Shown here: positions 30,581 to 40,858 of the stretch, one piece after another
Position numbering within the stretch: the first letter of the stretch is position 1
How the letters are laid out: every line of letters starts with the position of its first letter
NCBI GenBank assembly: GCA_021647405.1
Contig: JAKIUU010000006.1
Span: 30,148 to 94,147 of the forward strand
DNA: 64,000 nucleotides
From: Flavobacteriaceae bacterium
GTDB lineage: Bacteria; Bacteroidota; Bacteroidia; Flavobacteriales; Flavobacteriaceae
Direction of reading: 5' to 3'
The notes under the pieces: model-generated
Seen by the model: the letters and a program-made list of their open reading frames with translations, nothing else
Databases searched by the model: none
Told to the model about the DNA's origin: nothing
Made by a program: the position numbers and the translations under genes

Positions 30581-33500
30581 TTATGATTCTTTTGTATTTC
30601 TAACTTTAAGATGGTACATAACATTTGGCTTTGTACCAATTTCGGCTAATAAATGGAAAGTGCGCTCATCTTTTGTTAACTCTGCAACTTCACTTTTCTT
30701 ATCATTTACATCGCCAAATACCATGGCGCCTGTTGGACAGGCACTTGAACATGCTGTTTCAAATTCGTCATCACTTACAGGTCTGCCTTCTTTTTTAGCT
30801 GTTAAAATACTCAATTGTGTTTTTTGGATACACATAGAACATTTTTCCATAACCCCCCTAGAACGTACAACCACATCTGGATTTAATACCATTTTACTAA
30901 GGTCGTTATTCATATTAAAATCAAACTCACTGTTATTAGCATATTTAAACCAGTTAAAACGGCGTACACGATATGGACAGTTGTTGGCGCAATAACGTGT
31001 ACCAATACAGCGGTTATAAGCCATGTGATTTTGCCCTTGACGGCTATGTGATGTAGCGGCTACAGGACATACTGTTTCACAAGGGGCATGGTTACAATGC
31101 TGACACATTACAGGCTGAAAAGCCACTTGGGGATTTTCTTGCGGATGTGTCATGCTGTTAAACATTTCTCCTGTACCAAAAACACCTTCTTCTTTGGCTT
31201 TTTCATTGGTCATATCAGAAGTGTAGTAACGGTCAATACGCAACCAGTGCATATCACGACTCACGCGGATTTCGTGTTTACCAACTACAGGCACATTGTT
31301 TTCTGCATGGCAAGCTACAATACATGTAGCACAACCTGTACAAGTTGCCAAATCTATAGACAAATTAAAATGAGGTCCTATGGTATCGTCAAATTTCTCC
31401 CATAAATCAACACGTTCTGCAGGAACTTCTTGATGGTTAAGAGAAAATTCGGGTGTTTCATTCCACGCTTCTTTGGGCTTGTTTATAAAATCGTTTAAAG
31501 TGGTTTCTTTAATAATTTCATCACGCCCCATTATGGTGTGTTGCAATTGAACACATGCAAATTCATGAGTTCCTGAAGTCTTTTCTATACTTACTGTTTG
31601 CGCTGTATTAAAATCAAATGATAAAGCAAAGGCATTGAGACCAGTCATCATTTCGTCTTGCATCCCTGCCGCTCTACCATAACCCAATGCCAAACCAACA
31701 CTTCCTTTGGCTTGACCTGGCTGAATAAGAACAGGCACATCTTTTAAAACAGTATTATTAACTTTAACAGTTACTTTATCTCCGTTTAAAGCGCCATTAC
31801 TTACATTCCAGTTATTTATATCTAATGCTTTCGCATCAGCTATAGACATGGTTAGGTAATTATCCCAAGTCGTTCTTGTAATTGGATCTGGCAATTCTTG
31901 TAACCAAGGGTTGTTGGCTTGTTTGCCATCACCTAATGATGTTTTACTGTATAATTTTAGCTCGAATGCAGCCGATTTTGTTGCTTTTAATAAGGCTGTT
32001 GCCGATGCTTGCACATCCAATTTTGTGTTTGATAATTTGACTTTAACATCGTGGGTAAAGATGCCATCGTGTAAAGCGCTATTCCAAGTACTGCCATTTA
32101 AGATTGAGCCTTTCCAATTATCCTTTATGTATTGGTGGTAATCTGCATTGCTATCCATCCAAGTTAAAAGACTGCCTTCAAACTGACGTGTATTAAACAA
32201 TGGTTTGATAGTAGGCTGCATGAGTCCGTATTGACCTGCTTGGAAATTTGTATCTCCCCAAGATTCTAAATAATGTGGTGTTGTTGCTACAAATTGCGTG
32301 TTCAAGGCTGTTTCGTCTTGAGACATGGTAAAGGCAACCGATAATTTAACTTTTTTCAAAGCGGTATTAAATGACTTGGCATCTGCCAAAGTATAAGAAG
32401 GGTTGGCATTATAAATAAACAAAGCGCCTACTTTACCGGCATTCATCTCTTTTAAAAGCGCTTTAACTTGTTTGTTATTTCCCGCTTTTACAAAACGTGG
32501 TGAAGTTGCATCGAAAACAACAGAACCTAAAGCTACATTTATAGCGTTTGCTAAAATCTGTGCATCCTTATTTTGTATGCCAGTAACAACTACGGCATTT
32601 TTACCAGCTTTTTTAAGTTGCTTGGCCGCTTGTTTAACTGCGGCATCTGCTGCTGTCTTTTTTGAAGTTAAGCTACTTCCAGTAACCGCATTGTATAAAT
32701 TGATAAGCGCATAAACTTGTTCTGATGGTTTTAATGGCAAGCGTTTATCTGCATTAGCTCCTGTTAAAGATAAATTTGACTCAAACTGAATGTGTCTAGA
32801 CATCTTGCCTTTTTTTGGTGCACGTCCTTTGGCATAAGCTGCGTTGTATTGACCTCCTTGCCAATCGCCTAAAAAGTCGGCGCCAACAGATACAATTACA
32901 TCCGCATTTTCAAATTTATAATTAGGTAAAGCCCGCATGCCATACATGGCATCAAAAGCACTTAAAGCGGCACATTCTGATAGGGCATCATAATTTACAT
33001 GCTCTACATTGCCATAAGCTTTAGCAAAATCAGCTATCACCTTATCGGATGATGGACTTGCTGTAGTACCTGTTAAAATAACAATCTTTTCGTTCTTTTC
33101 TTTTAACTGATTTAAAGTGGCTGCAACCTTATTGTCTAAAGCAGACCAAGATGTTGTCTTACCACCGGCTAATGGGCCACGCAAACGGTTGTTATCGTAT
33201 AACGACAGCACAGAAGCTTGTACTCTGGCTGGGGTAGCTCCCCAATTACCTGCCATTTTATTAGGCTCAATTTTTATAGGGCGCCCTTCTCTTACCTTTA
33301 CGAGGATATTGGCAAAATCGGTGCCATCTGCCATTGTAGAAGCGTAATAATTGGCTACACCCGGAATAATATTATCTGGTTTGACAACATAAGGAATTGA
33401 TTTTACAACAGGCCCTTGACAAGCTGCCAAAGAGGCTGCCGCTGTTGAGAAACCAACATACTTTAAAAAATCACGTCGGCTAGTTGATGAGTTTGATAAA

Positions 33501-33631
33501 CTTTCTTTATCTCCTAAAAAAGCATCTGTAGGAATTTCTTCTTCAAATTCTTTTTGCATGAGTTGCTCAACAACAGGGCTGTCTGATTTTAATTCTTCAA
33601 CACTTCTCCAGTATTTTTTATTTGATGCCAT
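30581..33631 (-). CDS. actB: alternative complex III subunit ActB (molybdopterin-oxidoreductase-like domain fused to a 4Fe-4S ferredoxin domain)
   Basis: 1016 aa with a Tat-like SRRDFLKY signal. The C-terminal part contains several CxxCxxC...CP clusters. Confidence 0.9.
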   Translation of the reverse strand: MASNKKYWRSVEELKSDSPVVEQLMQKEFEEEIPTDAFLGDKESLSNSSTSRRDFLKYVGFSTAAASLAACQGPVVKSIPYVVKPDNIIPGVANYYASTMADGTDFANILVKVREGRPIKIEPNKMAGNWGATPARVQASVLSLYDNNRLRGPLAGGKTTSWSALDNKVAATLNQLKEKNEKIVILTGTTASPSSDKVIADFAKAYGNVEHVNYDALSECAALSAFDAMYGMRALPNYKFENADVIVSVGADFLGDWQGGQYNAAYAKGRAPKKGKMSRHIQFESNLSLTGANADKRLPLKPSEQVYALINLYNAVTGSSLTSKKTAADAAVKQAAKQLKKAGKNAVVVTGIQNKDAQILANAINVALGSVVFDATSPRFVKAGNNKQVKALLKEMNAGKVGALFIYNANPSYTLADAKSFNTALKKVKLSVAFTMSQDETALNTQFVATTPHYLESWGDTNFQAGQYGLMQPTIKPLFNTRQFEGSLLTWMDSNADYHQYIKDNWKGSILNGSTWNSALHDGIFTHDVKVKLSNTKLDVQASATALLKATKSAAFELKLYSKTSLGDGKQANNPWLQELPDPITRTTWDNYLTMSIADAKALDINNWNVSNGALNGDKVTVKVNNTVLKDVPVLIQPGQAKGSVGLALGYGRAAGMQDEMMTGLNAFALSFDFNTAQTVSIEKTSGTHEFACVQLQHTIMGRDEIIKETTLNDFINKPKEAWNETPEFSLNHQEVPAERVDLWEKFDDTIGPHFNLSIDLATCTGCATCIVACHAENNVPVVGKHEIRVSRDMHWLRIDRYYTSDMTNEKAKEEGVFGTGEMFNSMTHPQENPQVAFQPVMCQHCNHAPCETVCPVAATSHSRQGQNHMAYNRCIGTRYCANNCPYRVRRFNWFKYANNSEFDFNMNNDLSKMVLNPDVVVRSRGVMEKCSMCIQKTQLSILTAKKEGRPVSDDEFETACSSACPTGAMVFGDVNDKKSEVAELTKDERTFHLLAEIGTKPNVMYHLKVRNTKES

Positions 33632-33660
33632 TTTTTATAGACTTGTTTTCTGTATTTTTA

Positions 33661-35166
33661 TTAATAGTGACATTTACCACATTCTTGGCCTCCCATTTGG
33701 GCAACTGTAACCTTTTCTACACCGTATTTTTTAGATAATTGGGCGTGAATGTTTTTATAATAACCGTTATTCTTCATATTAACTTCAGTTTTTTTATGAC
33801 AGTCTAAACACCATCCCATCGTCAATTTAGAATACTGCCTAACTTCTTCCATAGTTTGAACTGGGCCATGACATTTTTGACAAGCCAAGCCTGCAACTGT
33901 AACATGTTGCGAATGGTTAAAATAAGCAAAGTCGGCTAAATTATGAATACGCACCCATTTAACTGGTTTTTGTTTATAACCTTCAATGTATTTTACATTG
34001 TCTTTATCCCAGCCAATGGCGTCATAAATTTTTTGAATTTCGCCATCGTAAAAAGCTTTGTCTTTATCTGACGTTACAGGACCGTTGTAATCTGAAATAT
34101 TTTTATGACAATTCATACAAACATTTAGGGTTGGAATACCCGATGTTTTGCTATTTTTAGCTGACGAATGGCAATACTGACAATTTATTTTATTGTCGCC
34201 TGCATGAATTTTATGTGAAAATTGTATGGGTTGAATGGGTTGATATCCTGTATCAATACCCACTTGAAATAAAGCACCAAAACCAATATAAGCCGCTCCA
34301 AAAAGCAAAAATATTGTTGCTACTATTTTTAAAAATCCGTTGTTGCTTTTTACAAAAATCCAAATAATAAGACCTAATAAAACCAAGCTTATCAATATAC
34401 TCATCCACGCTGTCGAAGCTTTTGGTTTTGCCAAGTTATCATCCTTGGCAGCAACTGCAGTTACTTTTTTAGTGTCGCCCGCAGAGGTATAAGCCAAAAT
34501 ATTATCAATATCAGCAGCAGAAAATTGAGGGAAGGGCATCATAGGCATGCCGTTGAATTCTTCAAAAAGTGCTTTGGCATCGGCATCGCCACTGGCACGT
34601 AAAGCATTGTTATCTGTTATCCACGCATGAAGCCATTCTTTTGAACGGCGGTCTGCTACATTGGCTAAGGCAGGGCCTATAAGTTTCTTGTCTAATTTAT
34701 GGCAAGCCGCACAGTTGGCCTGAAATAGTTTTTTACCAGCAACAACCATTGGATCAACTTTAGCAACATTAGCTTTTTGAGTACCCTCTTTGGGCTTACC
34801 ACTTGTATAAGTCAAAATATCATCAATATCTTGAGTTGAAAATTGTGGAAATTGCATCATTGGCATGCCATTAAACTCTTCAAAAAGCGCTTTGGCATCG
34901 GCATCGCCACTGGCACGCAAAGCGTTATTGTCTTTTATCCATGAATGAAGCCATTCTTTCGAACGGCGATCGGCTACATTTGCTAAGGCAGGGCCTATAA
35001 GTTTTTTATCCAACTTATGGCAAGCCGCACAATTGGCATTGTACAACTGTTTTCCTTTGTCATAATCGCCTGATTGGGCAGAAATGCTAAAGCTTAAAAA
35101 TAATAAAAAGGCAAGGCTTAAATAGATTATTTTATTGGCTAGACTGTGTTTTTTCACACTTTTCAT
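33661..35166 (-). CDS. actA: alternative complex III multiheme cytochrome c ActA with two extra N-terminal monoheme cytochrome c domains
   Basis: 501 aa. Layout is signal peptide, 2 x CAACH domains, two transmembrane helices, then five CxxCH motifs (CQYCH, CMNCH, CQKCH, CLDCH, CGKCH). Confidence 0.85.
   Translation of the reverse strand: MKSVKKHSLANKIIYLSLAFLLFLSFSISAQSGDYDKGKQLYNANCAACHKLDKKLIGPALANVADRRSKEWLHSWIKDNNALRASGDADAKALFEEFNGMPMMQFPQFSTQDIDDILTYTSGKPKEGTQKANVAKVDPMVVAGKKLFQANCAACHKLDKKLIGPALANVADRRSKEWLHAWITDNNALRASGDADAKALFEEFNGMPMMPFPQFSAADIDNILAYTSAGDTKKVTAVAAKDDNLAKPKASTAWMSILISLVLLGLIIWIFVKSNNGFLKIVATIFLLFGAAYIGFGALFQVGIDTGYQPIQPIQFSHKIHAGDNKINCQYCHSSAKNSKTSGIPTLNVCMNCHKNISDYNGPVTSDKDKAFYDGEIQKIYDAIGWDKDNVKYIEGYKQKPVKWVRIHNLADFAYFNHSQHVTVAGLACQKCHGPVQTMEEVRQYSKLTMGWCLDCHKKTEVNMKNNGYYKNIHAQLSKKYGVEKVTVAQMGGQECGKCHY
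34483..35055 (-). repeat. tandem 318-nt (106-codon) duplication inside actA
   Basis: The two copies are offset by exactly 318 nt (CAACH Cys codons at 35031 and 34713). Identical runs reach 29 nt (gctttggcatcggcatcgccactggcacg). DNA identity is roughly 85-90 percent by eye over about 190 nt. Confidence 0.85.
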
Positions 35167-35261
35167 ATTAAAAATAAATATATGTTTTTCTTGTTTGGTA
35201 TAATTTTTTCTGTAGCTCAGACGGCAAAACTACGTAATTTTAACGTTTAATAAAATTTTGA

Positions 35262-35291
35262 CAAAAATACTATTTAATGACAACTATCAAA
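35262..35291 (-). promoter_or_regulatory. candidate promoter of the act-cta operon (-33 TTTG, 18-nt spacer, -7 TATTTTTG)
   Basis: Both Bacteroidota consensus elements are present on the minus strand, about 95 nt upstream of the actA ATG. Confidence 0.35.
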
Positions 35292-35340
35292 ACCTAAAAC
35301 AAACTGGATTCTAATTTATAATCGTTCTAAATAGCGTTTG

Positions 35341-35370
35341 TTTGAAATAAGGAAACTTTACCTAATTTTG
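35341..35370 (+). promoter_or_regulatory. candidate promoter of the SPOR-ruvB unit (-33 TTTG, 18-nt spacer, -7 TAATTTTG)
   Basis: Both consensus elements are present. The -7 box ends 17 nt before the ATG at 35388. Confidence 0.4.
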
Positions 35371-35387
35371 CATCTAGAATTTACATT

Positions 35388-35786
35388 ATGAAATTAAAAA
35401 ACATACCCTTACTTTTCATCTTACAAAGTTTGATTTTTTTAACGACTATATCTGCTTTTTGTCAAGAGGGAAATAATTTATCTATTGTTAAAAATCAAAA
35501 AATAGATTCTATTTTAATTAAGAAAAAATCTTACAACAAAGACCATCCAACTGTAGGTTATAGAATTCAATTATATTATGGCAATGAGACCATAGCTTAC
35601 AATTATAAAGATAAATTTGAGAAAATATTCCCTACTCAAACAGCTAACATAGAATTTGCAACTCCTGATTGGAAAGTAATGGTTGGCAATTACAGAACAC
35701 GTATTTCTGCAGATAGTGCCATTGTTGCTATTAAAAAGCAGTTTTTAGGAGCCGTAGTTGTAAACGCAGCATTATTTGTAGAATAA
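35388..35786 (+). CDS. SPOR-domain (peptidoglycan-binding) protein
   Basis: 132 aa with a signal peptide. The C-terminal GYRIQLYYG...WKVMVGNYRTRISADSA pattern is typical of SPOR repeats. Confidence 0.55.
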   Translation: MKLKNIPLLFILQSLIFLTTISAFCQEGNNLSIVKNQKIDSILIKKKSYNKDHPTVGYRIQLYYGNETIAYNYKDKFEKIFPTQTANIEFATPDWKVMVGNYRTRISADSAIVAIKKQFLGAVVVNAALFVE

Positions 35787-35832
35787 GCTTTTAAGATATC
35801 TGTTTTCCTTTTAATTGATTTATATTTGTCTT

Positions 35833-36855
35833 ATGAATTCAGAATTAAATCCTTCTTCAGAAAATCTCACCACTGAAGATTTAGATATTGAAAAAAAATT
35901 GCGCCCGTTAACTTTTGACGATTTTACGGGTCAAGAACAAGTTATTTCAAATTTAAAAGTTTTTGTTGAAGCGGCTAAATTGCGCAATGAGGCTTTAGAC
36001 CACACTTTATTTCACGGCCCTCCTGGTCTGGGTAAAACCACATTGGCACATATTTTAGCAAACGAATTAGAGGCCAATATTAAAATAACCTCAGGACCTG
36101 TTCTTGACAAACCAGGCGATTTGGCTGGTTTACTAACCAATCTTGAAGAGCGTGACGTTTTATTTATAGACGAAATCCACCGGCTTAGCCCCATAGTAGA
36201 AGAATATCTTTATGCGGCGATGGAGGATTTTAAGATTGATATCATGATAGAATCGGGGCCAAATGCGCGAACCGTTCAATTAAACCTCGCACCATTTACA
36301 CTTGTTGGTGCCACCACACGTTCTGGTTTGCTTACAGCGCCAATGCGCGCACGTTTTGGCATCACAAACAGACTTCAGTATTATAAAACAGAACTTTTAA
36401 CATCAATTGTGCAGCGCAGCGCACAAATATTAAAGATGCCCATTACCATGGAAGCTGCCATTGAAATTGCAGGGAGAAGTCGTGGCACACCCCGAATTGC
36501 TAATGCCCTTTTAAGACGTGTACGCGATTTTGCACAAATAAAAGGCGATGGTACTATTGACATTAAAATTGCCCAATTTGCTTTAAAAGCACTCAATGTA
36601 GATGCGCATGGTTTGGATGAAATGGACAATAAAATTTTAACCACCATAATCGACAAATTTAAAGGCGGTCCTGTTGGCTTAAGTACTTTGGCAACGTCGG
36701 TTTCAGAAAATGCCGAAACCATTGAAGAAGTGTACGAGCCTTTTTTAATTCAAGAAGGTTTTATAATGCGCACCCCCAGAGGACGTGAAGCTACAGAATT
36801 AGCTTACAAACACCTTGGCCGTACAAAAGCGGGCAATCAAAACGAATTATTTTAA
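35833..36855 (+). CDS. ruvB: Holliday junction branch-migration helicase RuvB
   Basis: Walker A motif GPPGLGKTT and Walker B motif FIDEIHRL. The ATG at 35833 is preferred over the track start at 35815. Confidence 0.9.
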   Translation: MNSELNPSSENLTTEDLDIEKKLRPLTFDDFTGQEQVISNLKVFVEAAKLRNEALDHTLFHGPPGLGKTTLAHILANELEANIKITSGPVLDKPGDLAGLLTNLEERDVLFIDEIHRLSPIVEEYLYAAMEDFKIDIMIESGPNARTVQLNLAPFTLVGATTRSGLLTAPMRARFGITNRLQYYKTELLTSIVQRSAQILKMPITMEAAIEIAGRSRGTPRIANALLRRVRDFAQIKGDGTIDIKIAQFALKALNVDAHGLDEMDNKILTTIIDKFKGGPVGLSTLATSVSENAETIEEVYEPFLIQEGFIMRTPRGREATELAYKHLGRTKAGNQNELF

Positions 36856-36936
36856 TTAATTGGGTTACTACAAGTTGTACAACATTAGGAAAAACCGATT
36901 GAATTTTGGACATTTGGAATATAAAAGAATCATAAA

Positions 36937-37179
36937 ATGGCAACAATTGACGAAATAAGAACCGGATTAATTGATAAAATTCTTTCGATTAGAAATAAAG
37001 ACTTTTTAGAGGCTCTTGATAAACTAATCTTATCAAGTAAATCTGAGTCAGAAATTGTGGAATTGACTGATGAGCAAAAAACAATGTTAGAAATGAGTGA
37101 AAACGATATAAAAACGGGAAAGCTCATTTCTCAAAAAGCTATGAATAAACGAAATCTTGAATGGCTAAACGCAATATAG
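36937..37179 (+). CDS. putative antitoxin of a type II toxin-antitoxin pair
   Basis: 80-aa acidic, helical protein. It overlaps the downstream RelE/ParE-like gene by 19 nt. Its family was not recognised by eye. Confidence 0.5.
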   Translation: MATIDEIRTGLIDKILSIRNKDFLEALDKLILSSKSESEIVELTDEQKTMLEMSENDIKTGKLISQKAMNKRNLEWLNAI

Positions 37180-37472
37180 TTTGGACTCGAACTGCTGACC
37201 TTCAGTTCGTAGGGATTTTAGAATATTGGGTAAAAAGGAACAAGTCCAACAACTTTTCAAAAAAGCTTTTGAAATTAGTTACGGAAAGAACTTTGCAAAT
37301 TTCAGAAAAAGCTTTTATTTATAAGTCAACAGATTTTAAAGATGTAAGAGTAGCTTCATTAAGAAACTTTAGTATTTATTACAAAGTTACTGATAAACAA
37401 ATTATAATTACTGCATTTTGGGATAACCGACAAGACCAAAAGAAACTTTTAAAAATATTGCAAAACAAATAA
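37161..37472 (+). CDS. RelE/ParE-family type II toxin
   Basis: 103 aa. The W...A..DL....EYW N-terminus and the ...FSIYYKV....IIITAFWDNRQD C-terminus are typical of ParE/RelE plasmid-stabilisation toxins. Confidence 0.7.
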   Translation: MAKRNIVWTRTADLQFVGILEYWVKRNKSNNFSKKLLKLVTERTLQISEKAFIYKSTDFKDVRVASLRNFSIYYKVTDKQIIITAFWDNRQDQKKLLKILQNK

Positions 37473-37548
37473 TTGAGGTTTTTTAATCTAAATTAATTGA
37501 CCCTTAGGTAATTATGAATATTATGTAGAATCTAATTGTCATTTTAAC

Positions 37549-38475
37549 TTGAAAAATATAATATTTAATACCAACTTTATCAAACAAGAAGCCCAAAAAT
37601 TAGGTTTCGACCAATGTGGTATTGCCCAAGCCGATTTTTTATCAGCCGAAGCGCCAAAATTAGAAAGTTGGCTCAAAAACAATTACCACGGCGAAATGCA
37701 TTATATGCAAAACCATTTTGACAAACGTTTAGATCCAAGATTATTGGTAGAAGGCGCTAAGTCTGTTATTTCATTAACTTATAATTATTACCCTTCAGAA
37801 CTTCAAAGACAAGACACTTATAAAATTTCTAAATACGCTTACGGAGAGGATTATCATTTTGTAATTAAAAACAAACTCAAAACTTTACTAAATCGAATTC
37901 AAGAAGAAATAGGCCTTGTAAATGGCCGCGCATTTGTAGATTCTGCTCCTGTTTTAGAGCGGACTTGGGCAAAAAAAGCGGGATTGGGATGGACAGGCAA
38001 ACACAGTCTTTTGATTAGCAAAAAAAAAGGATCCTTCTTTTTTTTAGCCCAATTAATTATTGATTTACCTCTTGCTTACGATACTCCCTATAAAACAGAA
38101 CATTGTGGCTCTTGTACAAAATGTATAGATGCATGCCCGACCCAAGCCATTTTACCAAACAACACAGTTGACGGAAGCCGATGCATTTCATACTTCACGA
38201 TAGAATTAAAAAATGACATCCCTAATTCGCAAAAAGGGAAATTAGACAATTGGATTTTTGGCTGTGATATTTGTCAAGATGTATGTCCGTGGAATCGGTT
38301 TTCTACAGCACACAACGAGCCCCTTTTTAAACCTCAAAATGAATTGCTCAATTTTTCAAAATCAGATTGGGAAGAAATTACGCAAGAGGTGTTTCAAAGG
38401 CTTTTTAAAAAATCGGCTGTAAAACGCACTAAATATTCAGGGGTATTACGCAACATCAAATTTTTAAAACAATGA
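37549..38475 (+). CDS. queG: tRNA epoxyqueuosine(34) reductase
   Basis: 308 aa with two 4Fe-4S motifs ([23 protein letters not shown]) and an N-terminal QueG-type domain. The start is TTG; there is no nearby in-frame ATG. Confidence 0.85.
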   Translation: MKNIIFNTNFIKQEAQKLGFDQCGIAQADFLSAEAPKLESWLKNNYHGEMHYMQNHFDKRLDPRLLVEGAKSVISLTYNYYPSELQRQDTYKISKYAYGEDYHFVIKNKLKTLLNRIQEEIGLVNGRAFVDSAPVLERTWAKKAGLGWTGKHSLLISKKKGSFFFLAQLIIDLPLAYDTPYKTEHCGSCTKCIDACPTQAILPNNTVDGSRCISYFTIELKNDIPNSQKGKLDNWIFGCDICQDVCPWNRFSTAHNEPLFKPQNELLNFSKSDWEEITQEVFQRLFKKSAVKRTKYSGVLRNIKFLKQ

Positions 38476-38507
38476 TAATTATTAGCACGCCATTATTCTA
38501 ATTCTGT

Positions 38508-38515
38508 TACCTTTG
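38508..38515 (+). promoter_or_regulatory. -7 box TACCTTTG upstream of maeB
   Basis: TAnnTTTG match 31 nt before the ATG. The identical octamer lies upstream of gpmI (52861-52868). Confidence 0.3.
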
Positions 38516-38546
38516 CCTTTCGTTTTTACATTAAATTTACAATGTT

Positions 38547-40820
38547 ATGAGTTCTAATAGAAAAAAAAGTGAAGCTTTACGCTATCATGAATTTCCAAGT
38601 CCTGGTAAAATAGAAGTCAACCCGACAACAAAACACGCCACACAACGCGATTTATCTCTGGCCTATTCTCCTGGTGTTGCAGAACCTTGTTTAGAAATCG
38701 AAAAAAATCCTGAAAATGCCTATAAATATACTGCCAAAGGAAATTTGGTAGCTGTAATTTCTAACGGAACTGCCGTCTTAGGTCTGGGAAATATTGGTGC
38801 TTTGGCAGGAAAACCAGTTATGGAAGGTAAAGGACTCTTATTTAAAATTATGGCCGATATCGATGTGTTTGATATTGAAGTTGACACCAGTGATGTTGAT
38901 AAATTTGTTGAAACTGTAAAAGCCATAGCACCAACTTTTGGTGGTATTAATTTAGAAGATATTAAAGCCCCTGAGGCCTTTGAAATTGAACGTCGTTTAA
39001 AGGAAGAACTCGATATTCCTGTAATGCACGACGACCAACATGGGACGGCAATCATATCGGCTGCAGCCTTATTAAATGCGCTTGAAATTGCCGATAAAAA
39101 AATAGAAGAGGCCAAAGTAGTTGTAAGTGGCGCTGGTGCCGCAGCTATTTCTTGTAGCAAACTGTACAAAAAATTAGGTATCAGAGCCGAAAATATTGTT
39201 ATGTGCGACAGCAGAGGTGTTATTAGAAAAGACCGCCCCAATCTTTCTGTACAAAAATCTGAATTTGCAACCAGCCGTGATTTACAAAACATAACAGAAG
39301 CCATGGTAAATGCCGATGTGTTTCTAGGTTTGTCAAAAGGCGGATTGGTTAGCTCAGAAATGCTAAAATCTATGGCTAAAAATCCGATAGTTTTTGCATT
39401 GGCTAATCCAGACCCAGAAATTGATTATCCAGAAGCTATGAAATCTCGTGCCGATATTATCATGGGCACTGGCAGATCTGATTATCCCAATCAAGTAAAT
39501 AATATTTTAGGATTTCCCTATATTTTTAGAGGTGCTTTAGATGTAAGAGCAACAGCTATCAATGAAGATATGAAACTGGCAGCTGTAAAAGCTTTGGCTA
39601 AATTAGCCAAAGAACCCGTTCCAGAACAAGTTATCAAAACATACAATCTTAAGAGTCTTGAGTTTGGTAAAGACTATATTATTCCCAAACCTTTTGACAC
39701 ACGTCTTATTTTTGAAATCCCACCCGCCGTAGCCAAATCGGCAATGGAATCAGGCATCGCAAAAAAACCAATTACTGATTGGGAAGCCTACAAAGAATCT
39801 TTAGAAAACAGGTTGGGGAATGACAACAAATTAATGCGCATGATAACAAACAGGGCTAAAATAGACCCAAAACGTGTTGTTTTTGCTGAAGCCGATAGCT
39901 ATAATGTACTCAAAGCAGCTCAGATTTGTTATGATGAAGGCCTGGCCATTCCTATTTTGTTAGGCAATAGAAAAGAGATTCAAAAATTGATGAAGCAGCT
40001 TAATTTTGAAGAAGACCTCACTATTATAGATCCTAAATCTAAATCAGAAAAAAAACATAGAGAAGAATTTGCTTTAAAATATTGGAATAAATGTAAAAGA
40101 TTAGGTATTAGCTTGTTAAGTGCTAATAAATGGATGCGAGAACGTAATTATTTTGCAGCCATGATGGTAAACGAAGGTTATGCAGATGCCTTAATTACAG
40201 GCTATTCTAGAAGTTACCCCACTATTGTAAAGCCTATGATTGAACTTATAGGCAAAGAAAAAGGTATTGACAGAATTGCTGCTACCAATATTATGTTGAC
40301 CAAAAGAGGCCCTATTTTCTTTTCAGATACGGCAATAAATGTAAATCCCACAGCCAAAGAATTGGCTAAAATTGCTGTAATGACGGCCACTACCATGTCA
40401 TTGTTTGGTGTGAAACCAAATTTAGCGATGCTCTCCTACTCTAATTTTGGGAGCTCTGGCAAACCCGAAGCTAAAAAAGTAGCCGAAGCTGTTGCAATTA
40501 TGCACAAGAACCATCCCAAAATAAATGTAGATGGCGAAATTCAAGCCGATTTTGCTTTGACGGGCTTAATGCAAAAGGAAAACTTCCCCTTTTCTAAGCT
40601 CAACGGAAAACCTGTTAACGGATTGATTTTTCCAAACTTAGATGCCGCTAACATCAGCTATAAAATATTAAAAGGCTTAAATAAAATAGAATCTGTTGGG
40701 CCGATTGTAATGGGCTTAAAAAAACCCGCACATCTTATTCAGTTTGGTTCAAGTGTTGACGAAATTGTCAATATGACTTGTATAGCTGTTGTTGATGCGC
40801 AAGAAAAATCAAAACAATAA
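38547..40820 (+). CDS. maeB: NADP-dependent malic enzyme (malic enzyme fused to a phosphotransacetylase-like domain)
   Basis: 757 aa. The N-terminal malic-enzyme domain carries GAGAAA, and the C-terminal PTA-like domain and overall length are typical of MaeB. Confidence 0.9.
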   Translation: MSSNRKKSEALRYHEFPSPGKIEVNPTTKHATQRDLSLAYSPGVAEPCLEIEKNPENAYKYTAKGNLVAVISNGTAVLGLGNIGALAGKPVMEGKGLLFKIMADIDVFDIEVDTSDVDKFVETVKAIAPTFGGINLEDIKAPEAFEIERRLKEELDIPVMHDDQHGTAIISAAALLNALEIADKKIEEAKVVVSGAGAAAISCSKLYKKLGIRAENIVMCDSRGVIRKDRPNLSVQKSEFATSRDLQNITEAMVNADVFLGLSKGGLVSSEMLKSMAKNPIVFALANPDPEIDYPEAMKSRADIIMGTGRSDYPNQVNNILGFPYIFRGALDVRATAINEDMKLAAVKALAKLAKEPVPEQVIKTYNLKSLEFGKDYIIPKPFDTRLIFEIPPAVAKSAMESGIAKKPITDWEAYKESLENRLGNDNKLMRMITNRAKIDPKRVVFAEADSYNVLKAAQICYDEGLAIPILLGNRKEIQKLMKQLNFEEDLTIIDPKSKSEKKHREEFALKYWNKCKRLGISLLSANKWMRERNYFAAMMVNEGYADALITGYSRSYPTIVKPMIELIGKEKGIDRIAATNIMLTKRGPIFFSDTAINVNPTAKELAKIAVMTATTMSLFGVKPNLAMLSYSNFGSSGKPEAKKVAEAVAIMHKNHPKINVDGEIQADFALTGLMQKENFPFSKLNGKPVNGLIFPNLDAANISYKILKGLNKIESVGPIVMGLKKPAHLIQFGSSVDEIVNMTCIAVVDAQEKSKQ

Positions 40821-40858
40821 ATTATTTGATATCTTTGATTATAGATTAAATTGTTTTT

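Noticed and set aside
35815-35832. N-terminal extensions in the ORF track for ruvB (35815), gcvH (48482), VanZ (48855), map (56253) and leuD (17302).
   Set aside because: Internal ATG codons give N-termini that match the usual start of these families and remove overlaps with upstream genes. The extensions use non-ATG starts.
38020-38045. A9-GGATCC-TTC-T8 near-palindrome with long homopolymers inside queG.
   Set aside because: It simply encodes KKKGSFFF in frame. There is no evidence of a frameshift, and the ORF is intact on both sides.
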